Source: an uncultured Clostridia bacterium | Lineage (GTDB): Bacteria > Bacillota > Clostridia > TANB77 > CAG-508 | Reading direction: 5' to 3' | Assembly: GCA_944392945.1 (NCBI GenBank) | Contig: CALXYJ010000004.1 | Coordinates: 12,934-76,933 of the forward strand | Length of the DNA: 64,000 bases | In this document: positions 26,305-34,470 of the stretch, in pieces | How the letters are laid out: each line of letters opens with the position of its first letter | How positions within the stretch are numbered: position 1 is the first letter of the stretch | The notes under the pieces: model-generated | What the model was told of the DNA's origin: nothing | The model's input: the letters and a program-made list of their open reading frames with translations, nothing else | The model's database searches: none | Translations under genes and position numbers: made by a program

Positions 26305-27099
26305 TTATTTTCTCTTAAAGAATCTTTTTAAAGCTGCTAAGAATCCCTTTTCTCTTCCAGGTATTGTAACTTCAATATCTTCACCAAGAATACGTTTAGC
26401 AGTTTCCATATATGCTTTACCTGAAGGTGCCCTCCTATTAGATATAACAGGTTCTCCTTTGTTTGTTTGGGTAATTACATATTCATCATCTGGGACTACT
26501 CCTAAAAGTTGTATTGATAATAAATCTACTATATCATCAACATCCATCATTTTCCCTTTTCTTACCATTTCCGGTCTTAGTTTGTTAATTATTAGTTGAG
26601 GATTTTTTATATCTGCTGACTCTAATAGACCAATTATTCTGTCAGCATCTCTGATTGCAGAAATTTCTGGCATTGTTACTACAATCGCTTTATCTGCACC
26701 AACAATAGCATTTTTAAATCCTTGCTCTATTCCTGCTGGGCAATCTATTAAAATATAGTCAAATTCTTCTTTTAGTTTCTTTGTTAAATCTCTCATTTGT
26801 TCTTCTGTTATTGCACTTTTATCTCTTGTTTGGGCTGCTGGTAATAGGAATAATTCTTGAAAACGCTTGTCCTTTATTAAAGCTTGTCTTAATTTGCATT
26901 TTTCTTCTACTACATCTACTATGTCATAAACAATTCTATTTTCCAATCCCATTACTACATCTAGATTACGAAGTCCTATATCTGTATCTACTAATACTAC
27001 TTTTTTTCCTTCTAATGCTAATGCTGATCCTAAATTTGCTGTTGTTGTTGTTTTTCCTACTCCTCCTTTACCAGATGTTATAACTATTACTTCTCCCAT
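26305..27099 (-). CDS. minD: Septum site-determining ATPase MinD
   Basis: Deviant Walker A SGKGGVGKTT; C-terminal amphipathic helix GFLAALKRFFKRK. Confidence 0.95.
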   Translation of the reverse strand: MGEVIVITSGKGGVGKTTTTANLGSALALEGKKVVLVDTDIGLRNLDVVMGLENRIVYDIVDVVEEKCKLRQALIKDKRFQELFLLPAAQTRDKSAITEEQMRDLTKKLKEEFDYILIDCPAGIEQGFKNAIVGADKAIVVTMPEISAIRDADRIIGLLESADIKNPQLIINKLRPEMVRKGKMMDVDDIVDLLSIQLLGVVPDDEYVITQTNKGEPVISNRRAPSGKAYMETAKRILGEDIEVTIPGREKGFLAALKRFFKRK

Positions 27100-27160
27100 A
27101 AAACTTCCTCCTTAAGCTAGTGCTTTTATATCTCATTTATACATAAAATTTGACACTATA

Positions 27161-27189
27161 ATAATATATGAAAAACTCTAAAAAGTCAA
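27161..27189 (-). promoter_or_regulatory. Promoter directly upstream of minD
   Basis: Minus strand TTGACT, 17 nt, then TATTAT. Confidence 0.45.
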
Positions 27190-27235
27190 TGCTAGAATCC
27201 TTATTTGCGTAAGATTTATGCCTTTTTTATAACCG

Positions 27236-27267
27236 CCAAACGAGCGGGTTAACTCCCGCTCGTTTGG
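27236..27267. terminator. GC-rich 13-bp perfect hairpin after the 549-aa gene (no adjacent T-run on the transcribed strand)
   Basis: CCAAACGAGCGGG-ttaact-CCCGCTCGTTTGG. Composition unlike the surrounding DNA. Confidence 0.45.
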
Positions 27268-27273
27268 TATTAC

Positions 27274-28923
27274 TTAAACAATAAAATCCGCAGAATAAAA
27301 GAAGGCAAATAAACGAATATATTTCTCCTTTGTTCCAATATTCCGCTGTGATTCGACAAATTCCTCTCTTGAAATATAATTATTATCAAGAGCCTCCAAA
27401 ACTTTATTGATTTTGGAAAAATCCGCATTTTTACTCGAAAGATTATTAAGAGAATATTTCCGTAACTCCTTTTTAATATTTTCTTTATAATCTTCCATTG
27501 CTTTTTCGCATATTCTAGCGATTTCTTCGTCGTCGTTCTCTCTCCACAGTCCATGGCGTAAAGCTGCAAGTGCTTCTACTTTAGTATCAGCTTTTTCGAT
27601 TCCTCCTGCAACTACTTTTAAATCATCCATTAAACTTTTGAGGATTTCTTCCATGGCCAATCCTTTAATTTTTTCTTCGCTCTGTTTATATGCTTTTTCT
27701 AAATTGTCAGAGTCAATCTCTTTAAGTTTCAACAGGAAAAGAGACTCCATGAATTTCCAATCTTCATTTACTCCTTTTCTTTCCATTTCATTTACCATAA
27801 TTGGCCTAATCAAACGAAATGTTTGAAACAACCAGCAAATTTCGTTCAATAGATCTTCATATTCCCATGGTGCCTTATATAATGAATCTAAATCTAAGAA
27901 CTCTATTTTTTGGATAATCAGACTCTTTAGCTTTCTAGCCATAACAACAGCCTCATTTATTACAGCATTTCTTTCTTCTTTTTTTGAAAGATTAAAATAC
28001 ACTGCAATAAATTCTTCATCGCTTAAAACAATTGCTTGTGCAAGGTTAAAATAATAATTTTCAGCAATCAATTGTTCAGAAGAACACTCTGTCTTAATTT
28101 CAGCAATACTTTGTTCGATTCTGTGGATACTTTTAGTACTGAAAATTTTAGGCTCATATAAAAAATTTTTCGCATTTGCCAAAGCTTTCCAAAAAGTAAC
28201 TCTTTCTTTTGTTAAGCTCTTGAAGATATTGTTGTACAAAACATCCTTTAAGCTAACATCTTCCAGAATTACCCACGGCAATGAGGCACTTTCTAAACCT
28301 CTTTCTAAAATATCCAAAATAATTAAGATATAATAGATTACCCTGTGAATCATTCGTTCTTCATACTTTCCAGACACCTCTTTTATATTGCTTAAAATTT
28401 TGTCCGGTAATATTATTTTTGACAGGTCTGATTCAAAATCTACTATAAAAGCTTCACCTCCGTTAATATCTGGTAAATAAATTTCCGGTACTTGAAAATT
28501 TTTATTTTTCTCCTCATTTAACACTTTTTTTAGGAAAGACGTATTGTCTAATGCATCAAGAATTACATCTATGGTATGAACTTTTGCGACTTCTCTTTCC
28601 TCTGTTGCAATTTTAAGTGGCTTACCTAAAACAGCAATTCCAATCTGAGTCAGTAAATTATATTCTTCATAGATTTCTTTTTGTAATTCATTCATCTCAC
28701 CATATAAAATCTGCTTAATATTATCCCAGAGATTTCTGGCCCTTTCCATACTCTTTTCATTATTATGCATTACTGCATAAATCCGTTTTGAATACATTGC
28801 TGAAAATTTTAAATTTTCTAACTCCTCCTTATCCAAGTTCTTTTTTGCAACGGCTCTTAAGTTTCCAAAATACATGTCGAACTCCTTTAGTTCTTTTGGT
28901 CTTAATTTTGGTCTAATAATCAT
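27274..28923 (-). CDS. Hypothetical 549-aa predominantly helical protein, no recognisable catalytic motif
   Basis: ORF track. AAAGGAGG RBS. About 34 G+C per 100 nt in a hand-counted sample. C-ending and GC-rich codons are more frequent than in neighbours. Confidence 0.65.
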   Translation of the reverse strand: MIIRPKLRPKELKEFDMYFGNLRAVAKKNLDKEELENLKFSAMYSKRIYAVMHNNEKSMERARNLWDNIKQILYGEMNELQKEIYEEYNLLTQIGIAVLGKPLKIATEEREVAKVHTIDVILDALDNTSFLKKVLNEEKNKNFQVPEIYLPDINGGEAFIVDFESDLSKIILPDKILSNIKEVSGKYEERMIHRVIYYILIILDILERGLESASLPWVILEDVSLKDVLYNNIFKSLTKERVTFWKALANAKNFLYEPKIFSTKSIHRIEQSIAEIKTECSSEQLIAENYYFNLAQAIVLSDEEFIAVYFNLSKKEERNAVINEAVVMARKLKSLIIQKIEFLDLDSLYKAPWEYEDLLNEICWLFQTFRLIRPIMVNEMERKGVNEDWKFMESLFLLKLKEIDSDNLEKAYKQSEEKIKGLAMEEILKSLMDDLKVVAGGIEKADTKVEALAALRHGLWRENDDEEIARICEKAMEDYKENIKKELRKYSLNNLSSKNADFSKINKVLEALDNNYISREEFVESQRNIGTKEKYIRLFAFFYSADFIV

Positions 28924-28970
28924 TTCATATCCTCCTTTTGACCTTTCTCCTACTCGTTTTTAACATTAAG

Positions 28971-28999
28971 ATTATATCACTTTTCTGTAATTATGTCTA
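28971..28999 (-). promoter_or_regulatory. Promoter of the 549-aa gene
   Basis: Minus strand TAGACA, 17 nt, then TATAAT with extended TG (TGATATAAT). Confidence 0.45.
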
Positions 29000-29044
29000 C
29001 TAGATTTGAATAATACTTATGACCATTTATTCTAAGAAATTACC

Positions 29045-29073
29045 TTGACACTTATCATTTTTAAGAATATACT
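29045..29073 (+). promoter_or_regulatory. Promoter of the por operon
   Basis: TTGACA, 17 nt, then TATACT. Confidence 0.5.
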
Positions 29074-29124
29074 TTAAGTGTATATTTATACGTAAATTTA
29101 CTAAAAGGAGGTAATTTCAAACCA

Positions 29125-29703
29125 ATGAACGATTTAATTGAAATTAGATGGCACGGTAGAGGTGGTCAAGGTGCAAAAACAGCTTCTTTATTATTAGCTG
29201 ACGCAGCATTTAATACAGGCAAATACATACAAGGATTTCCTGAATATGGTGCTGAAAGAATGGGAGCACCAATCACTGCTTACAACAGAATTAGTACAAC
29301 ACCTATTAGAATACATTGCAATATTTATAATCCAGATTATGTAGTAGTTGTTGATGATACTTTATTAAATTCTGTAGATGTTACATCAGGTTTAAAGGAA
29401 TCTGGTGCAATAATTATTAATACCACAAAAGATGGAGAAACATTAAAAAGACTATTAAAAGGATATAAAGGACACATATATACAATAGATGCAAGAACAA
29501 TATCAGAGGAAGCTTTAGGAAAATACTTTCCTAACACTCCAATGCTTGCAGCAGTTGTTAAAGTTACAGGTATTATTCCTGAGCAAGAATTTTTAGAAGA
29601 TATGAAAGGCTCTTTCAAGCATAAATTTGCAAAAAAACCAGAAGTAATAGAAGGAAACATGAAAGCTTTAGAAATAGCTCTTCAAAAAGTCGTTGAACTT
29701 TAG
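29125..29703 (+). CDS. porG: 2-oxoacid (pyruvate-type):ferredoxin oxidoreductase, gamma subunit
   Basis: IRWHGRGGQGAKTAS motif; first gene of the G-D-A-B order. The last codons GAA CTT TAG lie inside a palindromic element. Confidence 0.85.
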   Translation: MNDLIEIRWHGRGGQGAKTASLLLADAAFNTGKYIQGFPEYGAERMGAPITAYNRISTTPIRIHCNIYNPDYVVVVDDTLLNSVDVTSGLKESGAIIINTTKDGETLKRLLKGYKGHIYTIDARTISEEALGKYFPNTPMLAAVVKVTGIIPEQEFLEDMKGSFKHKFAKKPEVIEGNMKALEIALQKVVEL

Positions 29704-29721
29704 GGACGTTCCTTAAAGTTC
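29695..29721 (+). repeat. 27-nt palindromic element, family 1, copy 1
   Basis: GAACTTTAGGGACGTTCCTTAAAGTTC (12-13 bp stem incl. one G-U). Overlaps the porG stop. Confidence 0.85.
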
Positions 29722-29741
29722 ACAAAAAAGGAGTTAAAAAT

Positions 29742-29768
29742 GAACTTTTGGGACATTCCTTAAAGTTC
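29742..29768 (+). repeat. 27-nt palindromic element, family 1, copy 2 (variant)
   Basis: GAACTTTTGGGACATTCCTTAAAGTTC. Part of a tandem duplication of about 47 nt (hairpin, RBS, ATG). Confidence 0.85.
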
Positions 29769-29787
29769 ATCGAGAAAGGAGTTAAAG

Positions 29788-30093
29788 ATGGATAAAACAA
29801 ATATAAATAATTCTACTCCAATGGAAGATATGACAATTGGAGGAACAATTTATAATGCTGGAAATTCTCGTGAAGTAAAAACTGGAGATTGGAGAAGCAA
29901 AAGACCTATTTTTGATAGTGAAAAATGCAAACAATGCGGATTATGTTTCCCAGTATGCCCAGATAATGCAATTCCAGTAGGAAAAGATATGAAAAGAACT
30001 GATTTTAATTATGATTATTGTAAAGGATGCGGAGTATGCTCTAAAGTATGTCCTTTTAAAGCAATAACTATGGTAGAGGAGGGAATTGAATAA
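29788..30093 (+). CDS. porD: 2-oxoacid:ferredoxin oxidoreductase, delta subunit (2x[4Fe-4S])
   Basis: CKQCGLCFPVCP and CKGCGVCSKVCP cluster motifs. Confidence 0.88.
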   Translation: MDKTNINNSTPMEDMTIGGTIYNAGNSREVKTGDWRSKRPIFDSEKCKQCGLCFPVCPDNAIPVGKDMKRTDFNYDYCKGCGVCSKVCPFKAITMVEEGIE

Positions 30094-31289
30094 TGAGTAT
30101 TAGAGAACGTTTAAGTGGTAATGAAGCTGCTGCTACTGCAATGAAACAAATAAATCCAGATGTAGTTGCTGCATTCCCTATTACACCATCTACAGAAATT
30201 CCACAATATTTTTCTACTTTTGTTAGTAATGGAGTAGTAGATACAGAATTTGTTGCTGTAGAAAGTGAACATAGTGCAATGAGTGCTTGTGTTGGAGCAG
30301 AAGCTGCTGGTGCAAGAGCTATGACTGCCACATCATCTAATGGTTTATCATTCATGTGGGAAATGATATATATTGCTTCATCATTACGTTTACCTATAGT
30401 AATGTCACTTGTAAACCGTGCAGTATCTGGACCATTAAATATCCATAATGATCACTCTGATGCAATGGGAGTTCGTGATGCTGGATGGATAATGTTATTT
30501 TCAGAAAGCAATCAAGAAGCATATGATAATTTATTGATGGCTCATAGAATTGCAGAACATAAAGATGTTTTACTTCCATTAATGGTTTGCCAAGATGGAT
30601 TTATCACATCACACTCAATAGAAACAATTGATTTAGTAGAAGATGAAAAAGTAAAAGAATTTGTTGGCACATATAAACCAGATCATTATTTGCTAAATAG
30701 TAAAGAACCAATTTCTATTGGACCTTTAGACTTACAAGGATACTTATTTGAGCATAAAGCTCAACAAGCTCAAGCTATGAGAAATGCTAAAAAAGTTATT
30801 TTAGAAGTTGCAGAAGAATTTGAAAAATTAACAGGTAGAAAATACGGATTATTTGAAGAATATAAAATGGATGATGCAGATATCGCAATTGTTTGTATGA
30901 ATTCTACTGCTGGAACAACAAAATTTGTAGTAGATGAATTACGTAATAAAGGAATTAAAGCAGGTCTTTTAAAAGTTCGTGTATTTAGACCATTCCCTGC
31001 TGAAGAAATTGCTAAAGCTCTTTCTAAAGTAAAGGCTGTTGCAGTATTAGATAAAGCTGATTCTTTAAATGCTGCAGGTGGTGCATTATTTACAGATGTT
31101 ACATCTGGTATGTATGTAAATAATATTCATGTACCTACTGTAAGCTATATCTATGGAATTGGTGGTAGAGATACAAAAACAGATGATATAGAAAAAGTTT
31201 ATTCTGATTTATCAGAAATTGTAAAAACAGGAAAAATAGATAATCCATATAGACATTTAGGATTAAGAACGAAAGGAGCTGAAAAATAA
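30093..31289 (+). CDS. porA: 2-oxoacid:ferredoxin oxidoreductase, alpha subunit
   Basis: GNEAAA...AFPITPSTEI...ESEHSA pattern. ATG overlaps the porD TAA by 1 nt. Confidence 0.9.
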   Translation: MSIRERLSGNEAAATAMKQINPDVVAAFPITPSTEIPQYFSTFVSNGVVDTEFVAVESEHSAMSACVGAEAAGARAMTATSSNGLSFMWEMIYIASSLRLPIVMSLVNRAVSGPLNIHNDHSDAMGVRDAGWIMLFSESNQEAYDNLLMAHRIAEHKDVLLPLMVCQDGFITSHSIETIDLVEDEKVKEFVGTYKPDHYLLNSKEPISIGPLDLQGYLFEHKAQQAQAMRNAKKVILEVAEEFEKLTGRKYGLFEEYKMDDADIAIVCMNSTAGTTKFVVDELRNKGIKAGLLKVRVFRPFPAEEIAKALSKVKAVAVLDKADSLNAAGGALFTDVTSGMYVNNIHVPTVSYIYGIGGRDTKTDDIEKVYSDLSEIVKTGKIDNPYRHLGLRTKGAEK

Positions 31290-32242
31290 TGCCATATAAT
31301 TTAAAAGAAATAGTTGCAACAAAACCTTCAAGATTTTCAGAAGGACATAAAATGTGTGCAGGTTGTGGAGCTCCACCAGTTGCTAGAATGGTTTTACGTG
31401 CATTAAAACCAGAAGATCATGCTGTAATTGCTACAGCTACTGGATGTATGGAAGTTTCTACATTTACATACCCATATACATCTTGGACAGACTCTTTTAT
31501 ACATACAGCTTTTGAAAACGCTGGAAGTACATTATCTGGTGTTGAAGCTGCATATAAATCACTTAAAAAACAAGGTAAATTACAAGAAGATACACATACA
31601 AAATTCATCGCTTTTGGTGGAGATGGTGGAACATATGATATAGGTTTACAATCACTTTCAGGTGCAATGGAAAGAGGACATGATATGGTATATGTTTGCT
31701 ATGATAATGGTGCATATATGAACACAGGTATTCAACGTTCTTCTGCAACACCTAAGTTTGCAGATACAACAACATCACCTGCTGGAACAGTTATTCCTGG
31801 TAAAGCACAAGAAAGAAAAGATTTAACAGAAATCATGGTTTCTCATCATTTGCCATATGTTGCTCAATCAATAGCTATGACTAATTTTAAAGACTTATAT
31901 GAAAAATCTGAAAAAGCTATATATACAGAAGGTCCAACATTCTTAAATGTATTAGCACCTTGCCCAAGAGGATGGGGATATGCAACAGAAGATTTAATGC
32001 AAATAAATAAATTAGCTGCAGATACATGTTATTGGCCATTATATGAAGTAGTAGATGGAAAATATAAAATAACATATAAACCAGCAAAAAAACTTCCTGT
32101 AGAAGAATTCTTAAAACCACAAAAACGTTTTAGACATATGTTTAAACCTGGAAATGAATGGATGATAGAAGAATTCCAAAGAATAGTAGATAAAAGATGG
32201 AATGAACTATTAGCATTAGAAGAAATGACAAATAAAGAATAA
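31289..32242 (+). CDS. porB: 2-oxoacid:ferredoxin oxidoreductase, beta subunit (TPP-binding)
   Basis: CAGCG, GGDGGTYDIG, YDNGAYMNTGIQ motifs. ATG overlaps the porA stop. Confidence 0.9.
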   Translation: MPYNLKEIVATKPSRFSEGHKMCAGCGAPPVARMVLRALKPEDHAVIATATGCMEVSTFTYPYTSWTDSFIHTAFENAGSTLSGVEAAYKSLKKQGKLQEDTHTKFIAFGGDGGTYDIGLQSLSGAMERGHDMVYVCYDNGAYMNTGIQRSSATPKFADTTTSPAGTVIPGKAQERKDLTEIMVSHHLPYVAQSIAMTNFKDLYEKSEKAIYTEGPTFLNVLAPCPRGWGYATEDLMQINKLAADTCYWPLYEVVDGKYKITYKPAKKLPVEEFLKPQKRFRHMFKPGNEWMIEEFQRIVDKRWNELLALEEMTNKE

Positions 32243-32293
32243 AATTTTTAATACACGTTAAATTATTATTCTAATAATTTAAATTTAATAAAA

Positions 32294-32348
32294 TAAGCCA
32301 TCATTCAAAAATTTTAATTTTACATTTGAATGATGGCTTATAATTTTT
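32294..32348 (+). terminator. por operon terminator
   Basis: 16-bp stem TAAGCCATCATTCAAA/TTTGAATGATGGCTTA followed by TAATTTTTG. Confidence 0.7.
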
Positions 32349-32357
32349 GCAAAAAAT

Positions 32358-32384
32358 GAACTTTAAGGAATGTCCCTAAAGTTC
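32358..32384 (-). repeat. 27-nt palindromic element, family 1, copy 3 (inverted); acts as the ferredoxin terminator hairpin
   Basis: Plus strand GAACTTTAAGGAATGTCCCTAAAGTTC. On the minus strand it follows the fdx stop and precedes ATTTTTTG. Confidence 0.85.
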
Positions 32385-32391
32385 AAATTAT

Positions 32392-32562
32392 TTATTCTTC
32401 TTCTGGAGCCTCTACTGGGCAAACTCCTGCACAAGTTCCGCAAGAGATACATGCTTCTGGATCTATTACAAATTTATCTTCTCCTTGTGAAATACATCCT
32501 ACTGGACATTCTGCTGCACATGCTCCACAACTTATACATTTATCTGTTATTTTATATGCCAT
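32392..32562 (-). CDS. Clostridial-type 2x[4Fe-4S] ferredoxin (56 aa)
   Basis: MAYKITDKCISCGACAAECPV...CISCGTCAGVCPV. GGTGGTG RBS before the ATG at 32562. Confidence 0.9.
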   Translation of the reverse strand: MAYKITDKCISCGACAAECPVGCISQGEDKFVIDPEACISCGTCAGVCPVEAPEEE

Positions 32563-32639
32563 ATTTTTCACCACCTTTCATTACTATATCTATTACTACT
32601 TCTTTATTCACTTATAGCATTTTTATGCTATATTATATG

Positions 32640-33554
32640 CTACATATCATCTTCTACTAATATATCATCTTTGGCTAATTTTTCAAGTTCTTCCAATTCT
32701 TTTTCATTTTCTTTTTCTTCCGGATCTATTTCTTCAACATCACTTTCTTTTATTACCTTTACATCTTTTGCATGATACTTTTTATAATGAAAACCATCAT
32801 CATCTTCAAATTTTACTCTTAAATCTTCTTTTAAAATATCAACACTTGAAACACTACCTTCCCCATCAATAGTTTCTACTATTGATCCTACTTTTGGCAA
32901 TCTTGCTAATTTTTCCTCATATGCTTCTTGTTCATATTTTAAACAACACATTAACCTACCACAAACTCCAGAAATTTTAGATGGATTTAGTGACATATTT
33001 TGTTCTTTTGCCATTTTTATTGATACTGCTTCAAAATTATTTAAAAAACTACAACAACATAGTTCTCTTCCACAGATTCCATTTCCGCCTATTCTTCTTA
33101 CTTCATCTCTTACTCCAATTTGTCTAAGTTCTATTCTAGTTCTAAAAATAGCTGCTAAATCTTTTACAAGTTCCCTAAAATCTATTCTTCCATCTGCAGT
33201 AAAATAAAATAATAATTTTGTTCTATCAAATTTATATTCCACATCTATAAGTTTCATTGGCAATTTGTGTTTAGCAATTTTATCTAGTGCAATCTTGTAT
33301 GCCTCTTTTTCTTTTTGTTTGTTTTCATTAAATTGATTTATATCTTTGTGATTAGCAACTCTTAATATTTTTCTAAGAGGTTCTACTATTTTTTCTTCTG
33401 GCATTAATTTATTTGCCATCGCAATCTTAGCAAATTCTTCACCATTTGTAGTATCTGCTATAACAGAATCATTTAAATTTAATTTTAAACCTGCTGGGTC
33501 AAAAAAGTATATCTTTCCTGGCTTTTTAAATCTAATACCTACTACTTCCTTCAC
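32640..33554 (-). CDS. yaaT: PSP1-domain protein, stage 0 sporulation protein YaaT/RicT
   Basis: PSP1 core (YFFDP...IELRQIGVRD) and Cys cluster GICGRELCCCSF...CGRLMCCLKYE. Follows holB as in B. subtilis. Confidence 0.85.
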   Translation of the reverse strand: MKEVVGIRFKKPGKIYFFDPAGLKLNLNDSVIADTTNGEEFAKIAMANKLMPEEKIVEPLRKILRVANHKDINQFNENKQKEKEAYKIALDKIAKHKLPMKLIDVEYKFDRTKLLFYFTADGRIDFRELVKDLAAIFRTRIELRQIGVRDEVRRIGGNGICGRELCCCSFLNNFEAVSIKMAKEQNMSLNPSKISGVCGRLMCCLKYEQEAYEEKLARLPKVGSIVETIDGEGSVSSVDILKEDLRVKFEDDDGFHYKKYHAKDVKVIKESDVEEIDPEEKENEKELEELEKLAKDDILVEDDM

Positions 33555-34458
33555 TATTTATCTCCTTCCACATATTCATTAAAAGATAGTCCATTGACAT
33601 ATCATAATTACTATTTGCTCTTAATCTTTTTTTTACTTCTTCTACAATAAAAATACAATTTGCATATTTAAAAGAATTCTTATTATTCTCATTCATTTTA
33701 TTTGTAAGTAAAATATTTATATAATCTAAGATATTATATATATCATCCTTACCATTATATATAATTTCTGCAGAATTAATAAAAGTAACTAAGTCCTCCT
33801 TATTTATTATATCAAATAATTTATTAATTTGCTCGTATTCTGTCGATTTTTCTTTAATTAATAATGCTTTTTTTATACTACCATTTGATGCATCTAAAAA
33901 AGATTCTTTTATATCTGTCATATTAAACTTTGAAGTTAAAATCTTTCTCATATCATTATTTTCTAACTTGTTAAAATATAATTTCATACACCTTGATTTA
34001 ATTGTATTTAATATTTTATTTTCATTAGCAGTAATTAAAATAATTACAACATATTCAGGTGGTTCTTCCAAAGTTTTTAATAAACAATTTTGTGCATCAT
34101 CCCTCATAAGCTCAGCATCATCAATTATATATACTTTATATTCAGAATTGATTGGCTTTTCTGCAATTTTATTTTGCATATTTCGTATATCTTCAATTTT
34201 TATTCCTGATCCATCCTCATTTATAATGCTAAAATTGACATTATTATTAGAATTAAATTCTACACATGATTTACAAATATCACATGGTTTGTTATCTTCT
34301 GAAGTACACAAAATCGTTTTAGCAAATTCTTTTGCAAGCAATTTTTTACCAATTCCTTCTTCTCCTATAAACAAATAACTATGTAATATAGTTTTGTTAT
34401 TTATTGCATTTTCTAATATCTTCTTTACTTTTGTATTTCCTACAACATTTTCAAACAA
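33532..34458 (-). CDS. holB: DNA polymerase III delta-prime subunit
   Basis: AAA+-like HSYLFIGEEGIGKK, zinc module CDICKSC, SRC motif (KSRC). Confidence 0.85.
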   Translation of the reverse strand: MFENVVGNTKVKKILENAINNKTILHSYLFIGEEGIGKKLLAKEFAKTILCTSEDNKPCDICKSCVEFNSNNNVNFSIINEDGSGIKIEDIRNMQNKIAEKPINSEYKVYIIDDAELMRDDAQNCLLKTLEEPPEYVVIILITANENKILNTIKSRCMKLYFNKLENNDMRKILTSKFNMTDIKESFLDASNGSIKKALLIKEKSTEYEQINKLFDIINKEDLVTFINSAEIIYNGKDDIYNILDYINILLTNKMNENNKNSFKYANCIFIVEEVKKRLRANSNYDMSMDYLLMNMWKEINSEGSSRY

Positions 34459-34470
34459 AACTATTTCCTC

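Noticed and set aside
27270-27569. Alternative-frame ORF at the 3' end of the 549-aa gene
   Set aside because: It overlaps the long ORF in another frame and has no RBS. The long ORF has a clear RBS and promoter.
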